Assembly (NCBI GenBank): GCA_028826165.1
Contig: JAPDFW010000030.1
Span: 83 to 64,082 of the forward strand
Direction: 5' to 3'
DNA: 64,000 nucleotides
Origin: Anaeramoeba ignava BMAN
Lineage: Eukaryota > Protista > Anaeramoebae
In this document: piece by piece, positions 28,195 to 44,850 of the stretch
Numbering within the stretch: position 1 is the first letter of the stretch
Layout of the letters: every line of letters begins with the position of its first letter
Made by a program: the position numbers and the translations under genes
Notes under the pieces: generated by a model
Told to the model about the DNA's origin: nothing
Seen by the model: the letters and a program-made list of their open reading frames with translations, nothing else
Database searches by the model: none

Positions 28195-30410
28195 TTTAAT
28201 TTCCAATTTATTTATAATTTATATTCAAAAATAAAAATCAATTTCTCTCTATATATAAAATATATAAATTTAATTTTCAATTTAATTTTCAATTTAAATT
28301 AAAAATAAAAAAAATCAATTTATTTATATATATTATAAACAAATTTATAATAAAATAATTAATTAATTTAATTTTCAATTTATTTATAATTTATATTCAA
28401 AAATAAAAATAAAAATCAATTTCTCTCTATATATAAAATATATAAATTTAATTTTCAATTTATTTATAATTTAAATTAAAAATAAAAATCAATTTATTTA
28501 TATATATTATAAAACAAATTTATAACAAAATAATTAATCAATTTAATTTCCAATTTATTTATAATTTATATTCAAAAATAAAAATCAATTTCTCTCTATA
28601 TGTAAAATATATAAATTTAATTTCAATTTATTTTTAATTCAAATTAAAAATAAAAATCAATTTATTTATATATATTATAAACAAATTTATAATAAAATAA
28701 TTAATTAATTTAATTTCCAATTTATTTATAATTTATATTCAAAAATAAAAATCAATTTCTCTCTATATATAAAATATATAAATTTAATTTTCAATTTATT
28801 TTTAATTTAAATTAAAAATAAAAAAATCAATTTATTTATATATATTATAAACAAATTTATAACAAAATAATTAATAAATTTAATTTTCAATTTATTTATA
28901 ATTTATATTCAAAAATAAAAATCGATTTCTCTTTATATATAAAATATATAAATTTATTTTCAATTTATTTATAATTTAAATTTAAAAATAAAAAAATCAA
29001 TTTATTTATATATATAATAAACAAATTTATAACAAAATAATTAATTAATTTAATTTCCAATTTATTTATAATTTATATTCAAAAATAAAAATCAATTTCT
29101 CTCTATATATAAAATATATAAATTTAATTTTCAATTTATTTATAATTTAAATTAAAAATAAAAATCAATTTATTTATATATATTATAAACAAATTTATAA
29201 TAAAATAATTAATCAATTTAATTTCCAATTTATTTATAATTTATATTCAAAAATAAAAATCAATTTCTCTCTATATATAAAATATATAAATTTAATTTTT
29301 AATTTATTTATAATTCAAATTAAAAATAAAAAAATCAATTTATTTATATATATTATAAACAAATTTATAATAAAATAATTAATTAATTTAATTTCAATTT
29401 ATTTATAATTTAAATTCAAAAATAAAAATCAATTTCTCTCTATATATAAAATATATAAATTTAATTTTCAATTTATTTGAATTTAAATCAAAAATAAAAA
29501 AATCAATTTATTTATATATATTATAAACAAATTTATAACAAAATAATTAATTAATTTAATTTTCAATTTCTTTATAATTTATATTCAAAAATAAAAATCA
29601 ATTTCTCTCTATATATAAAATATATAAATTTATTTTTAATTTATTTTATAATTTAAAATTAAAAATAAAAAAATCAATTTATTTATATATATTATAAACA
29701 AATTTATAATAAAATAATTAATAAATTTAATTTCCAATTTATTTATAATTTATATTCAAAAATAAAAAAATCAATTTCTCTCTATATATAAAATATATAA
29801 ATTTAATTTTTCAATTTATTTACAATTTAAATTTAAAAATAAAAAAAATCAATTTATTTATATATATTATAAACAAATTTATAACAAAATAATTAATTAA
29901 TTTAATTTTCAATTTATTTATAATTTAAATTCAAAAATAAAAATCAATTTCTCTCTATATATAAAATATATAAATTTAATTTTTCAATTTATTTGAATTT
30001 AAATTAAAAATAAAAAAATCAATTTATTTATATATATTATAAACAAATTTATAACAAAATAATTAATTAATTTAATTTTCAATTTATTTATAATTTATAT
30101 TCAAAAATAAAAATCAATTTCTCTCTATATATAAAATATATAAATTTAATTTTTAATTTATTTATAATTCAAATTAAAAATAAAAATCAATTTATTTATA
30201 TATATTATAAACAAATTTATAACAAAATAATTTATAATTTAATTTTCAATTTATTTATAATTTATATTCAAAAATAAAAATCAATTTCTCTCTATATATA
30301 AAATATATAAATTTAATTTTTCAATTTATTTATAATTTAAATTAAAAATAAAAAAAATCAATTTATTTATATATATTATAAACAAATTTATAATAAAATA
30401 ATTTATAAAT
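28195..30410. repeat. satellite B array (~13 copies)
   Basis: Same ~170-bp unit. Confidence 0.95.
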
Positions 30411-33019
30411 TTAAATTCAAAAATAAAAAATCAATAATTTCAAAAATCTAAATTTATACTTATTTATATCATTATTTATATTTATAATTTATCAAAGGTA
30501 ATTAATTAATTAAATTTCTTTTTCACTTCATTTAGATTCAATTTATCTGATTATTATCTATTATTTATTTATTTATTATTTTAAATTATTTTATTTTTAT
30601 TAAATAAATTTTGATTTGGAAAATATCAATCAATTAATTAATAATCAATCAATAATTTATTTCTAATTCATTTCATTTTTTTTTCATTTCCAAAATTTAA
30701 ATTTAAATCAAAATTTAAATTCAAAATCAAATTCAAATTCAAATCAAATTAAATTCAAAATTTAAATCAAATTCAAAATTCAAAATCTATTGATAATTTG
30801 TTCTGAAAATAAAATCTAAATATAAATATAAAAACAAAATCAAATTGATATTATTTTTATATGTTTTATTTAGAAACAAAAAAAAATCATCAAATTTGTT
30901 TTGTTTTGTTTGTTTCATTTCTTTTAATATTTTTATCTAAAATAAATAAATTAAAAATCCAATTTTTCTTTTTCTTTTCTTTTCTTTTTTTATTGATTCA
31001 AAATATTCCATAAAAATAAAAATAAAAAAAAATTGATTATTAATTTTTTTATAAGTTTTTGGAATTCCTTAAAATGTCTGTATTCATTTTAAAATATTTA
31101 TCATTTTATTATTTTTATTATTTTATTATTTATTTTAATAAATTTTAATTTATTAAATTTTATTTTTATTCTTAATTTTTATTTTAATTTTAATTAAATA
31201 TTTTTATTTATAAATTATATTTTATTATTTATATTTTATTATTTATTTTTATTATTATTTATTTAATTATTTTTATTTATTTTGAAAACTTTTTATTTCA
31301 AGACAATTTAATATCTAAATCCAAAACTACTTTATTAACTAATTTACTTGTAAGTTTATTTTAATTCACAAAATTTATAAATTTATAAATTAATTAATTA
31401 ATTTTACTTATATTTATATTAGATAAAATCTTTATTTTATTCATTTTCAATTCTTCCAAAAAAAAAATCATTATTTATAATCCACAATTTACCAAAATTA
31501 ATTAATTAATTATTTATTTATTTATTGAATTAATGAAACTTCTTTTTCACTTCATTTAGATTAGATTAGATTATATTAGATTCAATTTATCTGATTATTT
31601 ATTTATTTATTATTATTCATTTATTAATTTATTCCAAATTATTTTTATTTATATTTTTATTTATAAATAAATGGATTTTGATTTGGAAAATATCATTAAT
31701 TAATTAATTAATAAATTATTTCTAATTTTCATTTTTCATTTTTCATTTTTTCATTTTTTTTTCTTAGAAGAATAAAAATAAAATAAAAATAAAAATAAAA
31801 ATTACCTTCAGAAAATGAAAGGAAATCTCAAAAACTAATAAAATATTCAATCCAATCCAATCCAATTCAATTCAATTCAATTCAATTCAATTCAATTCAA
31901 AAGTAAATTTATTTATTTATTTATTTAAAAATTTAATTTTATTTCTATTTCAATTATAAATAATTAAATAATAAATTTAAATTAATTATTTTATTTCTAT
32001 TATTTATTTTATATTTATTTTAAATTATAAAATTATATTTTATTATTTATTTTTATTATTAATTATTTAATTTAATATTTTTTTATTTCAATTAAAAAGA
32101 ATTCAAATAATAAAATTTAAATTAATTATTTTATTTCTATTATTAATTTCATATTTATTTTAATTATAAAAATTTAATTTAATTTATAAATTAATTAATT
32201 TTATTTTTATATTTTTATTTCAATTTATTCCAAAAATCATTATTTTAATTTATAAAATTATAATTAATTATTTAATTATTTAATTAATTATTTTTATTAT
32301 TCTTTTTCAATTATAAATTAATTAAATAATAAATTTAAATTAATATCTGATTATTTATTTATTTATTTATTCATTTATTTATTTATTTATTCATTTATTA
32401 CTTAAAATTATTTTTGTTTTTATTATTTGTTTTGAAATAAATTTTGATTTGGAAAATATCATTAAAAATTAATAATTAATTTTTTATTTTTATTATTTTT
32501 TTATTTTTCAAAAATTTTAATTTTAAAAATAATATCAATAAAATGAAAGGAAATTTAATAAGAGAATAAAATTTTAATCCAATTCAATTCAATTCAATTC
32601 AATTTCAAAATTTTTAAATTTATTTTTAAAAATTTAAAAATTTAAAATTTAATTTTATTTTTATTTTCAATTATAAATAATTAAATAATAAATTTAATTT
32701 AATTATTTATTTCTATTAATTTTATATTTATTTCAAATTATAAAATTATTTTTATTAATTTATTTATTTATTTATTTATTTAAAATTTAAAAATTTAATT
32801 TTATTTTTATTTCAATTATAAATAATTAAATAATAAATTTAAATTAATTATTTTATTTCTATTATTAATTTTATATTTATTTCAAATTATAAAATTATAT
32901 TTTATTATTTATTTTTATTATTAATTATTTATTTAATTATTTATATTATTTTATTTCAATTATAAATAATTAAATAATAAATTTAAATTAATTATTTTAT
33001 TTCTATTATTAATTTTAAA

Positions 33020-33920
33020 ATTATTTTAACATAAAATTATCAAAAATAATTGAATTTTAAAATTTATTAAAAATTTGTTTTGAAAGATTTTACAATTTTA
33101 GAATAAAAATTTTTTTAATTTATTATTTCAATTCTGTTTTTCTTTTGATTTTCCTTTTTAATTTTTAATTGTTTTATTTTCTAAAACTTTTTATTTTTTT
33201 CTTAGATTTTAAATTTTTTATTTTGAATTATTAGTTTTTCAACCTTAAAATTCTTTTAATTTCAAAATAATTCATTTGATTATTTTTATTTCAATTCTAA
33301 AGGAGCCTATAGATATTAAATTTTTAAATTTATTTTTTATTATTTTAAAATTTTATTTTCAAATATTTATTGAATTTAATTTTCTTGTTTAAGATTTCTT
33401 TTGTTAAATTTTTGAGTCAAATAACAGGAACTTATTTATAATTTTATTTTTATTTATATTTATTTTTATTTTAGATATTATAAATATTTTGAGTTAAATC
33501 AAAATAGATTAATATTAATTTGATCAAAATTTTTATTAATTAAATCATTTTCAAATTTATTTATGGAATTTAATTATTTAAATAAAATCTATTTTTATTT
33601 TTATTTTTATCCATTATTTATTTTATTTAATTAAATAATTTGAGATTTATTTTTATTTAAATTTATATTGAAAATATTAATTTAATTTAAATATTTAAAT
33701 TATTTTTATTTTATTTCTATTTTTTTTTTTCTTTTTATAATTTTTTTGGAAAATTAATTTAAATTTGATGACTTTTATTTGTATAAAAAGGGGTATTTTT
33801 AATTTAGAAAATTATTTTAAATAAATTTTGAATTTATTTTTTTTTTGAAATACGAAAAGAATATTTAATTAATTTTTAAAAACAAATGATAATAATTAAA
33901 ATTGAAAAAATAGGAAATTT
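33020..33920. repeat. garbled second copy of the 22097-23254 insertion
   Basis: Collinear retained words TGAAAGATTTTACA, AAGGAGCCTATAGAT, TTTTGAGTCAA, GAAATACGAAAAGAATAT within AT filler. Confidence 0.8.
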
Positions 33921-34414
33921 ATATTTTATTTTATTATTTTATTTCTATTATTTTATTTTTATTATTATTTTTATTAGGTTAAATAGGTTTTAAATTGAAA
34001 ATTTTGATTAGTGCTTTTATTTTTAAAAACAAAAACAAAAATTCATTTCAAACATTTTAATTAATGTAATCTTTTATAAAATCAAAAATCAAAAATCAAA
34101 AATGAAAAAGAATTTATAATTAATTTTATTTAATTGATTCTAAATTAATTATTTAAGATTCAAAAATAATTAACAAAATTTTTTATTTATTTAAAATGTA
34201 ATCAAAAATTTAATCAATATTAATTATTTATAATAATATTTTATATTTTATTAATTTTTCTTTCAATATAAATAATCAAAACAAAAACTATTCATTAAAA
34301 AATAAATTTATTAATATTAATTTAAATTTTTAATTTTTAATTTTAATTTTAATTTACATTTTTATTGAAGGAAATTTTTCTCTGTTGATAATTTAAAACA
34401 AAATGAAAATAAAT

Positions 34415-34935
34415 TGATTGATTTTCAGATTGAAAAAGATTTATTTTAAATTGATTTTCAGATTTATTTTTTCAGATTTATTTTCAAATTTATTTTAAAT
34501 TTATTTTCAAAATTTAAAAAGATTTATTTTTATTTATTTATTTTTAATTTATTTTATTTATTTCAGATTGATTTTTATTTTATTTATACAAGATTTAAAA
34601 ATAATTTATTTTATATTTTATTTTTTTAGATTATTTTATTTTTTTCAAAAATTTTCAAAATTTATTTTCAAAAAAATTTTTAAGATTTATTTTTAAGATT
34701 TATTTTTCAGATTTATTTTAAAAATTTTAAAATTTTTATTTTTTCAGATTGATTTTCAAAAATCAAAACAATTTTTTTTGATTTTAATTTTTAAAAAAGA
34801 TTGATTTCAGATTTATTTAAAAGATTTATTTTAAGATTTATTTTCAATTTATTTTTAAGATTTATTTTTAAGATTGATTTTCAGATTGATTTTTTTTTTC
34901 ATTTTTAAGATTTATTTTCAGATTGATTTTCAGAA
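34415..34935. repeat. degraded 12-bp minisatellite
   Basis: Scattered TTTTCAGATT / AAGATTTATTTT units at the expected position after block Q. Confidence 0.8.
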
Positions 34936-35179
34936 TTGGATATTTATTTATTTGGCTTTTTTGTTGTTGATTTAGAAACTATTGAATGAATTTTACAAAA
35001 CAAAATTTATTTTCATTTAAAATACAAATAAAACAACAATTTTTAAAATTTATTTATTTTTATATTTAATTTATATTTATATTTATATTTATATTTCAAT
35101 ATTTCTATTTTTATTTAATATTTATTTGTTTATTCAATAAAATAAAATAAAAGATTTTGATTTTTATTTATTTATTTTT

Positions 35180-36200
35180 AATTTTAGATTACATATTAAT
35201 ATAAATATTTATATTTAATATTTAATTAATATTTAATAAATATTTTATTTATATTCATTATTTATAATTAATATTTATATCTATTTATTATATTTAATTT
35301 ATTTATTAAATTTATTTTAAATATGATTAATTTAATTTTATTTTAATTTTTAATTTGATAAATTTAGATTACATATTAATATAAATATTTATATTAATAA
35401 TTAAATTAATAATTAATAAATATTTTATTTATATTCATTATTTATAATTAATATTTATATCTATTTATTATATTTAATTTATTTATTAAATTTATTTTAA
35501 ATATGATTAATTTAATTTAATTTTTAATTTGATAAATTTAGATTACAAATTAATATAAATATTTATATTTATATTAATATTTAATTTAATATTTTTATTT
35601 TTATTTTTATATTTTAATTAATATTTATATCTATTTATTATATTTAATTAATTTATTAAATTTATTTTAAATATGATTAATTTAATTTTATTTTTAATTT
35701 GATAAATTTAGATTAAATTAATATATTTATATTAATAATTAATTAATAATTAATAAATATTTTATTTATATTCATTATTTATAATTAATATTTTATATCT
35801 ATTTATTATATTTAATTTATTTATTAAATTTTATTTTTAAATATGATTAATTTAATTTTATTTTAATTTTTAATTTGATAAATTTAGATTACAAATTAAT
35901 ATAAATATTTATATTAGTAATTAATTAATATTTAATTAATATTTTATTTATATTCATTATTTATAATTAATATTTATATCTATTTATTATATTTAATTTA
36001 TTTATTAAATTTATTTTAAATATAATTAATTTAATTTTATTTTAATTTTTAATTTGTTAAATTTAGATTACAAATTAATATAAATATTTATATTAATATT
36101 TAATTAATAATTAATAAATATTTTATTTATATTCATTATTTATAATTAATATTTATATCTATTTATTATATTTAATTTATTTATTAAATTTAAATTTAAT
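35180..36200. repeat. satellite C (~6 copies)
   Basis: Same ~180-bp unit. Confidence 0.92.
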
Positions 36201-38730
36201 AGGATAATCAATCAAAAATGAAAAATGAAAAAAATAAAATTAAATGTTTTAAGAGAATAAATCTGAATTAATTTTCTTGATGATTGTATATATTAATTTC
36301 TTTTGTTATGAGATTTATTGTTATTTAAGATTAAAAAAAATGGGATTTGATTGTAAAATTTTTTTTTCTAGTTTGTAATCAGAATAAAATAACATTTTCA
36401 ACAACAAAACAAAACAAAAACAAAACAAAAACTTTGGAAACAATAAAAAAGACAGAAACAATTCAAAATAAACAAAGAAAAACTTTGAAAAATAAAAATA
36501 TATTCTCACATTCAAACAAGTTTTCAGGAAATCAAAATAAAAAGAAAAATCAAAAAAAAATATCCAATCAAGAAAAAAGAGAGAAATATTTCCTAAAAGG
36601 ATTAAAACAGATCAGTTAAATTTCATTTCTTTATTGAGGATAATGGAATAAATGAAATTTTTTTTTTTCAAATTTTTGATTTTAAATTAAATATAATTTT
36701 TGATTCTTAATAAGGGTTTAGTTGAGAGAAAAACAAATTAATTTGCAAAAATGAATGAATCTAATCAAAAATGAAAGAGAAGGGAAAAAATAATTTTAAT
36801 TTATTCAATTTAAAAAAAAAACACATTTTATTGATTTGATTAATTTACTCAATTTTTCTTTTTTTTTCTTGATTTTTGATTTTTTCTTTTTCCGCAAAAT
36901 GAGTTTTGAATTGAAGAGAAAAAAAGTGATTATTTGCAATTTTAGATAAAATTTATTGAATCAAGTTTATTCAAATATGTATTCAAATTTTTAAAAATAT
37001 TTATAACTCACAAATGTATTGAATATATATAATTTATTCAAATTTAGATTATAAATTTATATCTAATTAATAATTTATTAATATTCATTATTTATAATAA
37101 ATATTAATTTCTATTTAATATATTTAATTTAATATTATTTATTTATTTATTTATTAATTTCATTCTATTTTAAATATAATTTATTTAATAATTTTATTAT
37201 TTTTAATTTTAATTTTTATTTTTAATAACAAATTCAATCAAATAATAATTTACAAAAATTTAATATTTGCAAATTATTTAATAAAATATTTTTATCATTT
37301 AATTTTTTTTAATTGATTTTTATGATTTTGTATTGATATTATTTGAAAATATATAAATATAAATATAAATATAAATTTTATTAAATTTTATTTTCTATTT
37401 TTGAAATAATGAATTAACATTTATTTCTTTTCATTTATTATTATTTTCATTTTCAATCCAAAAAAATAAAATAAAAATATAAAAATATGAATAAAAATAT
37501 ATAAATAAAAATATATTTTATTTATTAAATATTTTTTTGATTTGATTTTCTAATTCTTTTCCATTTTTTTTGGAATAATTAATATTTCTTTTTATTCAAA
37601 ATTTCATTTTAATTTCAATTCATATTTATATTTTATTTATAAATAAATAAATAAATATTTTTGATTTAATTCATTTTAATTTATTTTTTTTATGAATTTA
37701 GGAAAATAAAAATATATAAATTTGAAATGAAAAATAATAAATCAAAAATGAATATATAATTAATAAATATATAATAATAAATATCAATTCAAAATATATC
37801 TAATATAAAATGTTTAAAAAATAAAAAATAAATTTTTAAAAGTAGAAATCAAAATAAATAATATTTTTTTTATCAACTTTATTTCAATTTATATAAATAT
37901 AAATCAAAAAAAAAATCAAAAATTTATTCCAATTTATATATTTCAATAATAAATATTAAATCAAAAATATATTTTATTAATTAAATATTCTTTTTTTTTG
38001 ATTTGATTTTCTAATTCTAATTCTTTTCCATTTTTTTTTTTGGAATAATTAATATTTCTTTTATTCAAAATTTCATTTTAATTTCAAACAAATAAATCAA
38101 TAAAATAAATAAAAATAAAATAATATTTGAATTAATAATAAAATAAAAAATGAATATTAATTATATTATATAAATATAATGAATGAATATATAATTAATA
38201 AATATATAATAATAAATATCAATTCAAAATATATATAATATAAAATGTTTAAAAAATAAAAATAAATTTTTAAAAGTATAAATCAAAATAAATAATATTT
38301 TTTTATCAACTTTATTTCAATTTATATAAATATAAATCAAAAAAAATAAAAAAAATCAAATTTTATTCTAATTTATATATTTTTAAACATTTTCAATAAT
38401 AAATATTAAATCAAAATATATATTCAAAATTAATATAATAATGGAATCAAATTTATTATCAATATTATATTAATAAATAATATAATAAATATAATATCAG
38501 AATAATAAATATATTAATAAAAATATATTTTATTAAATATTCTTTTTGGATTTGATTTTTATTTTGTAATTCTTTTATATTTTTAGAATAATTATTTATT
38601 TATTTTCATTTATTATTTTATTCAAAATTTCATTTTAATTTCATTTACAATTTAATTTATTTTAAATATAATTTAATTTCATTTTCATTTTCAATTTCAT
38701 TTTCATTTCATATTTATATATATAATTAAT
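36200..38730 (+). repeat. block S, second copy
   Basis: Near-identical to 25640-28190. Confidence 0.9.
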
Positions 38731-41640
38731 CAATTTAATTTCCAATTTATTTATAATTTATATTCAAAAATAAAAAATCAATTTCTCTCTATATATAAAA
38801 TATATAAATTTAATTTTCAATTTATTTATAATTTAAATTAAAAATAAAAAATCAATTTATTTATATATATTATAAACAAATTTATAACAAAATAATTAAT
38901 TAATTTAATTTCCAATTTATTTATAATTTATATTCAAAAATAAAAATCAATTTCTCTCTATATATAAAATATATAAATTTAATTTTCAATTTATTTTAAT
39001 TTAAATTAAAAATAAAAATCAATTTATTTATATATATTATAAACAAATTTATAACAAAATAATTAATTAATTTAATTTTCAATTTATTTATAATTTATAT
39101 TCAAAAATAAAAATCAATTTCTCTCTATATATATATAAAATATAAATTTAATTTTCAATTTATTTTATAATTTCAAATTAAAAATAAAAATCAATTTATT
39201 TATATATATTATAAACAAATTTATAACAAAAATAATTAATTAATTTAATTTCAATTTATTTATAATTTATATTCAAAAATAAAAATCAATTTCTCTCTAT
39301 ATATAAAATATATAAATTTAATTTTCAATTTATTTATAATTTAAATTAAAAATAAAAAAATCAATTTATTTATATATATTATAAACAAATTTATAATAAA
39401 ATAATTTAATTAATTTAATTTTCAATTTATTTATAATTTATATTCAAAAATAAAAATCAATTTCTCTCTATATATAAAATATATAAATTTAATTTTCAAT
39501 TTATTTATAATTTAAATTAAAAATAAAAAAATCAATTTATTTATATATATTATAAACAAATTTATAACAAAATAATTAATTAATTTAATTTCCAATTTAT
39601 TTATAATTTATATTCAAAAATAAAAAATCAATTTCTCTCTATATATAAAATATATAAATTTAATTTTCAATTTATTTATAATTTAAATTAAAAATAAAAA
39701 AAATCAATTTATTTATATATATTATAAACAAATTTATAACAAAATAATTAATTAATTTAATTTCAATTTATTTATAATTTATATTCAAAAATAAAAAATC
39801 AATTTCTCTATATATAAAATATATAAATTTAATTTTCAATTTATTTATAATTTAAATTAAAAATAAAAAAATCAATTTATTTATATATATTATAAACAAA
39901 TTTATAACAAAATAATTTAATTAATTTAATTTCCAATTTATTTATAATTTATATTCAAAAATAAAAAATCAATTTCTCTCTATATATAAAATATATAAAT
40001 TTAATTTTCAATTTATTTATAATTTAAATTAAAAATAAAAAAATCAATTTATTTATATATATTATAAACAAATTTATAACAAAATAATTAATTAATTTAA
40101 TTCCCAATTTATTTATAATTTATATTCAAAAATAAAAATCAATTTCTCTCTATATATAAAATATATAAATTTAATTTTCAATTTATTTATAATTTAAATT
40201 CAAAAATAAAAAAATCAATTTATTTATATATATTATAAAAACAAATTTATAACAAAATAATTAATTAATTTAATTTCCAATTTATTTATAATTTATATTC
40301 AAAAATAAAAAATCAATTTCTCTCTATATATAAAATATATAAATTTAATTTTCAATTTATTTATAATTTAAATTCAAAAATAAAAAAATCAATTTATTTA
40401 TATATATTATAAACAAATTTATAACAAAATAATTAATTAATTTAATTTCAATTTATTTATAATTTATATTCAAAAATAAAAAATCAATTTCTCTCTATAT
40501 ATAAAATATATAAATTTATTTTTCAATTTATTTATAATTTAAATTTAAAAATAAAAAATCAATTTATTTATATATATTATAAACAAATTTATAACAAAAT
40601 AATTAATTAATTTAATTTTCAATTTATTTATAATTTATATTCAAAAAATAAAAAATCAATTTCTCTCTATATATAAAATATATAAATTTATTTTTCAATT
40701 TATTTATAATTTAAATTAAAAATAAAAAAATCAATTTATTTATATATATTATAAACAAATTTATAACAAAATAATTAATTAATTTAATTTCCAATTTATT
40801 TATAATTTATATTCAAAAAATAAAAAATCAATTTCTCTCTATATATAAAATATATAAATTTAATTTTCAATTTATTTATAATTTAAATTAAAAATAAAAA
40901 AATCAATTTATTTATATATATTATAAACAAATTTATAATAAAATAATTAATTAATTTAATTTCCAATTTATTTATAATTTATATTCAAAAAATAAAAAAT
41001 CAATTTCTCTCTATATATAAAATATATAAATTTAATTTTCAATTTATTTATAATTTAAATTAAAAATAAAAAAAATCAATTTATTTATATATATTATAAA
41101 CAAATTTATAATAAAAATAATTAATTAATTTAATTTCCAATTTATTTATAATTTATATTCAAAAAATAAAAAATCAATTTCTCTCTATATATAAAATATA
41201 TAAATTTAATTTTTCAATTTATTTATAATTTAAATTTAAAAATAAAAAAATCAATTTATTTATATATATTATAAACAAATTTATAACAAAATAATTAATT
41301 AATTTAATTTCAATTTATTTATAATTTATATTCAAAAATAAAAATCAATTTCTCTCTATATATAAAATATATAAATTTATTTTTCAATTTATTTATAATT
41401 TAAATTAAAAATAAAAAAATCAATTTATTTATATATATTATAAACAAATTTATAATAAAATAATTAATTAATTTAATTTTCAATTTATTTATAATTTATA
41501 TTCAAAAAATAAAAAATCAATTTCTCTCTATATATAAAATATATAAATTTAATTTTCAATTTATTTCAATTTAAATTAAAAATAAAAAAAATCAATTTAT
41601 TTATATATATTATAAACAAATTTATAACAAAATAATTTAT
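38730..41640. repeat. satellite B array (~17 copies)
   Basis: Same ~170-bp unit, very homogeneous. Confidence 0.95.
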
Positions 41641-44037
41641 AAATTTAAATTCAAAAATAAAAAATCAATAATTTCAAAAATCTAAATTTATACTTATTTA
41701 TATCATTATTTATATTTATAATTTATCAAAGGTAATTAATTAATTAATTAAATTTCTTTTTTACTTCATTTAGATTCAATTTATCTGATTATTATCTATT
41801 ATTTATTTATTTATTATTTTAAATTATTTTATTTTTATTAAATAAATTTTGATTTGGAAAATATCAATCAATTAATTAATAATCAATCAATAATTTATTT
41901 CTAATTCATTTCATTTTTTTTTCATTTCCAAAATTTAAATCAAAATTTAAATTCAAAATCAAAATCAAAATTCAAATCAAAAAAATTCAAAATCAAAAAT
42001 TCAAATTCAAATTCAAAATTTAAATCAAATTCAAAATTCAAAATCTATTGATAATTTGTTCTGAAAATAAAATCTAAATATAAATATAAAAAAAATCAAA
42101 TTGATATTATTTTTATATGTTTTATTTAGAAACAAAAAAAAATCATCAAATTTGTTTTGTTTTGTTTGTTTCATTTCTTTTAATATTTTTATCTAAAATA
42201 AATAAATTAAAAATCCAATTTTTCTTTTTCTTTTCTTTTCTTTTTTTATTGATTCAAAATATTCCATAAAAATAAAAATAAAAAATAAAAAAATTGATTA
42301 TTAATTTTTTTATAAGTTTTTGGAATTCCTTAAAATGTCTGTATTCATTTTAAAATATTTATTCATTTTATTTATTTTTTATTTTATTATTTTTATTATT
42401 AATAAATTTAAATTATTGATTTTATTTCTATTCTTAATTTTATATTTAATTTAAATTATAAAATTATATTTTATTATTTATTTTTATTATTAATAAATTT
42501 AAATTATTTATTTTATTTCTATTATTAATTTTATATTTATTTTAAATTATAAAATTATATTTTATTATTTATTTTTATTATTAATTATTTAATTAATTAT
42601 TTTTATTTATTTTGAAAACTTTTTATTTCAAGACAATTTAATATCTAAATCCAAAACTACTTTATTAACTAATTTACTTGTAAGTTTATTTTAATTCACA
42701 AAATTTATAAATTTATAAATTAATTAATTAATTTTACTTATATTTATATTAGATAAAATCTTTATTTTATTCATTTTCAATTCTTCCAAAAAAAAATCAT
42801 TATTTATAATCCACAATTTACCAAAATTAATTAATTAATTATTTATTTATTTATTGAATTAATGAAACTTCTTTTTCACTTCATTTAGATTAGATTAGAT
42901 TAGATTATATTAGATTCAATTTATCTGATTATTTATTTATTTATTTATTATTCATTTATTAATTTATTCCAAATTATTTTTATTTATATTTTTATTTATA
43001 AATAAATGGATTTTGATTTGGAAAATATCATTAATTAATTAATAAATAAATTATTTCTAATTTTCATTTTTCATTTTTCATTTTTCATTTTTCATTTTTC
43101 ATTTTTCATTTTTCTTAGAAGAATAAATATAAAAATAAAAATAAAAATAAAAATAAAAATTACCTTCAAAATGAAAGGAAATCTCAAAAACTAATAAAAT
43201 ATTCAATCCAATCCAATCCAATTCAATTCAATTCAATTCAATTCAAAAGTAAATTTATTTATTTATTTACTTTAAAAATTTAAAAATTTAATTTTATTTC
43301 TATTTCAATTATAAATAATTAAATAATAAATTTAAATTAATTATTTTATTTCTATTATTAATTTTATATTTATTTTAAATTATAAAATTATATTTTATTA
43401 TTTATTTTTATTATTAATTATTTAATTAAATATTTTTATTATTTTTATTTCAATTATAAATAATTAAATAATAAATTTAAATTAATTATTTTATTTCTAT
43501 TATTTAATTTATATTTATTTTATTTTTATTATTTTTATTAGGTTAAATAGGTTTTAAATTGAAAATTTTGATTAGTGCTTTTATTTTTTAAAAACAAAAA
43601 CAAAAAATATATTCACTTTCAAAAACATTTTAATTAATGTAATCTTTATAAAATCAAAAATCAAAAATCAAAAATCAAAAATGAAAAGAATTTATAATTA
43701 ATTAATTGATTGATTCTAAATTAATTAATATAAGATTCAAAAATAATTAACAAAATCTTTTTAATTTATTTAAAATGTAATCAAAAATCAAAAAATCAAA
43801 AAATAATCAATATTAATATTAATAATAATAATATTATTAAAATCAATTTTTCTTTCAATATAAATAATCAAAACAAAAAAAACTATTCATTAACAAAATA
43901 AATTTATTAATATTAATTCTAAATTTTTAATTTTTAATTTTAATTTTAATTTACATTTATTGAAGGAAATTTCTTATTGTTGTTGTTGTTGTTGTTGTTC
44001 TTGTTGATAATTTAAAACAAAAATAACGAAAAATAAA

Positions 44038-44850
44038 TTGATTGATTTTCAGATTGATTTTCAGATTTATTTTCAGATTTATTTTCAGATTGATTTTCAG
44101 ATTTATTTTAAGATTTATTTTCAGATTTATTTTCAGATTTATTTTCAGATTTATTTTCAGATTTATTTTCAGATTTATTTTCAGATTTATTTTCAGATTT
44201 ATTTTAAGATTTATTTTCAGATTTATTTTAAGATTTATTTTAAGATTTATTTTCAGATTTATTTTAAGATTTATTTTCAGATTTATTTTCAGATTTATTT
44301 TCAGATTTATTTTCAGATTTATTTTCAGATTGATTTTCAGATTTATTTTCAGATTTATTTTCAGATTTATTTTCAGATTTATTTTCAGATTTATTTTAAG
44401 ATTTTTAGATTTATTTTAAGATTTATTTTTAGATTTATTTTTCAGATTTATTTTTCAGATTTTTTTAAGATTTATTTTCAGATTTATTTTCAGATTTATT
44501 TTCAGATTTATTTTAGATTGATTGATTTTCAGATTTATTTTAAGATTTATTTTCAGATTTATTTTCAGATTTATTTTCAGATTTATTTTCAGATTTATTT
44601 TCAGATTATTTGATTTATTTTCAGATTTCGATTTATTTTCAGATTTATTTTCAGATTGATTTTAAGATTTATTTTCAGATTTATTTTCAGATTTATTTTA
44701 AGATTTATTTTCAGATTTATTTTCAGATTTATTTTCAGATTTATTTTCAGATTTATTTTCAGATTTATTTTCAGATTTATTTTTATTTATTTTTATTTTA
44801 AGATTTAGATTTATTTTCAGATTGATTTTCAGATTTATTTTCAGATTGAT
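44038..44850. repeat. 12-bp minisatellite (AGATTTATTTTC)n
   Basis: Directly visible. Confidence 0.97.

Noticed and set aside
36321-36619. K/N/Q-rich and F/L-rich ORFs in block S
   Set aside because: Low complexity, and the paralogous copy near 25.8 kb does not retain them in the ORF track.
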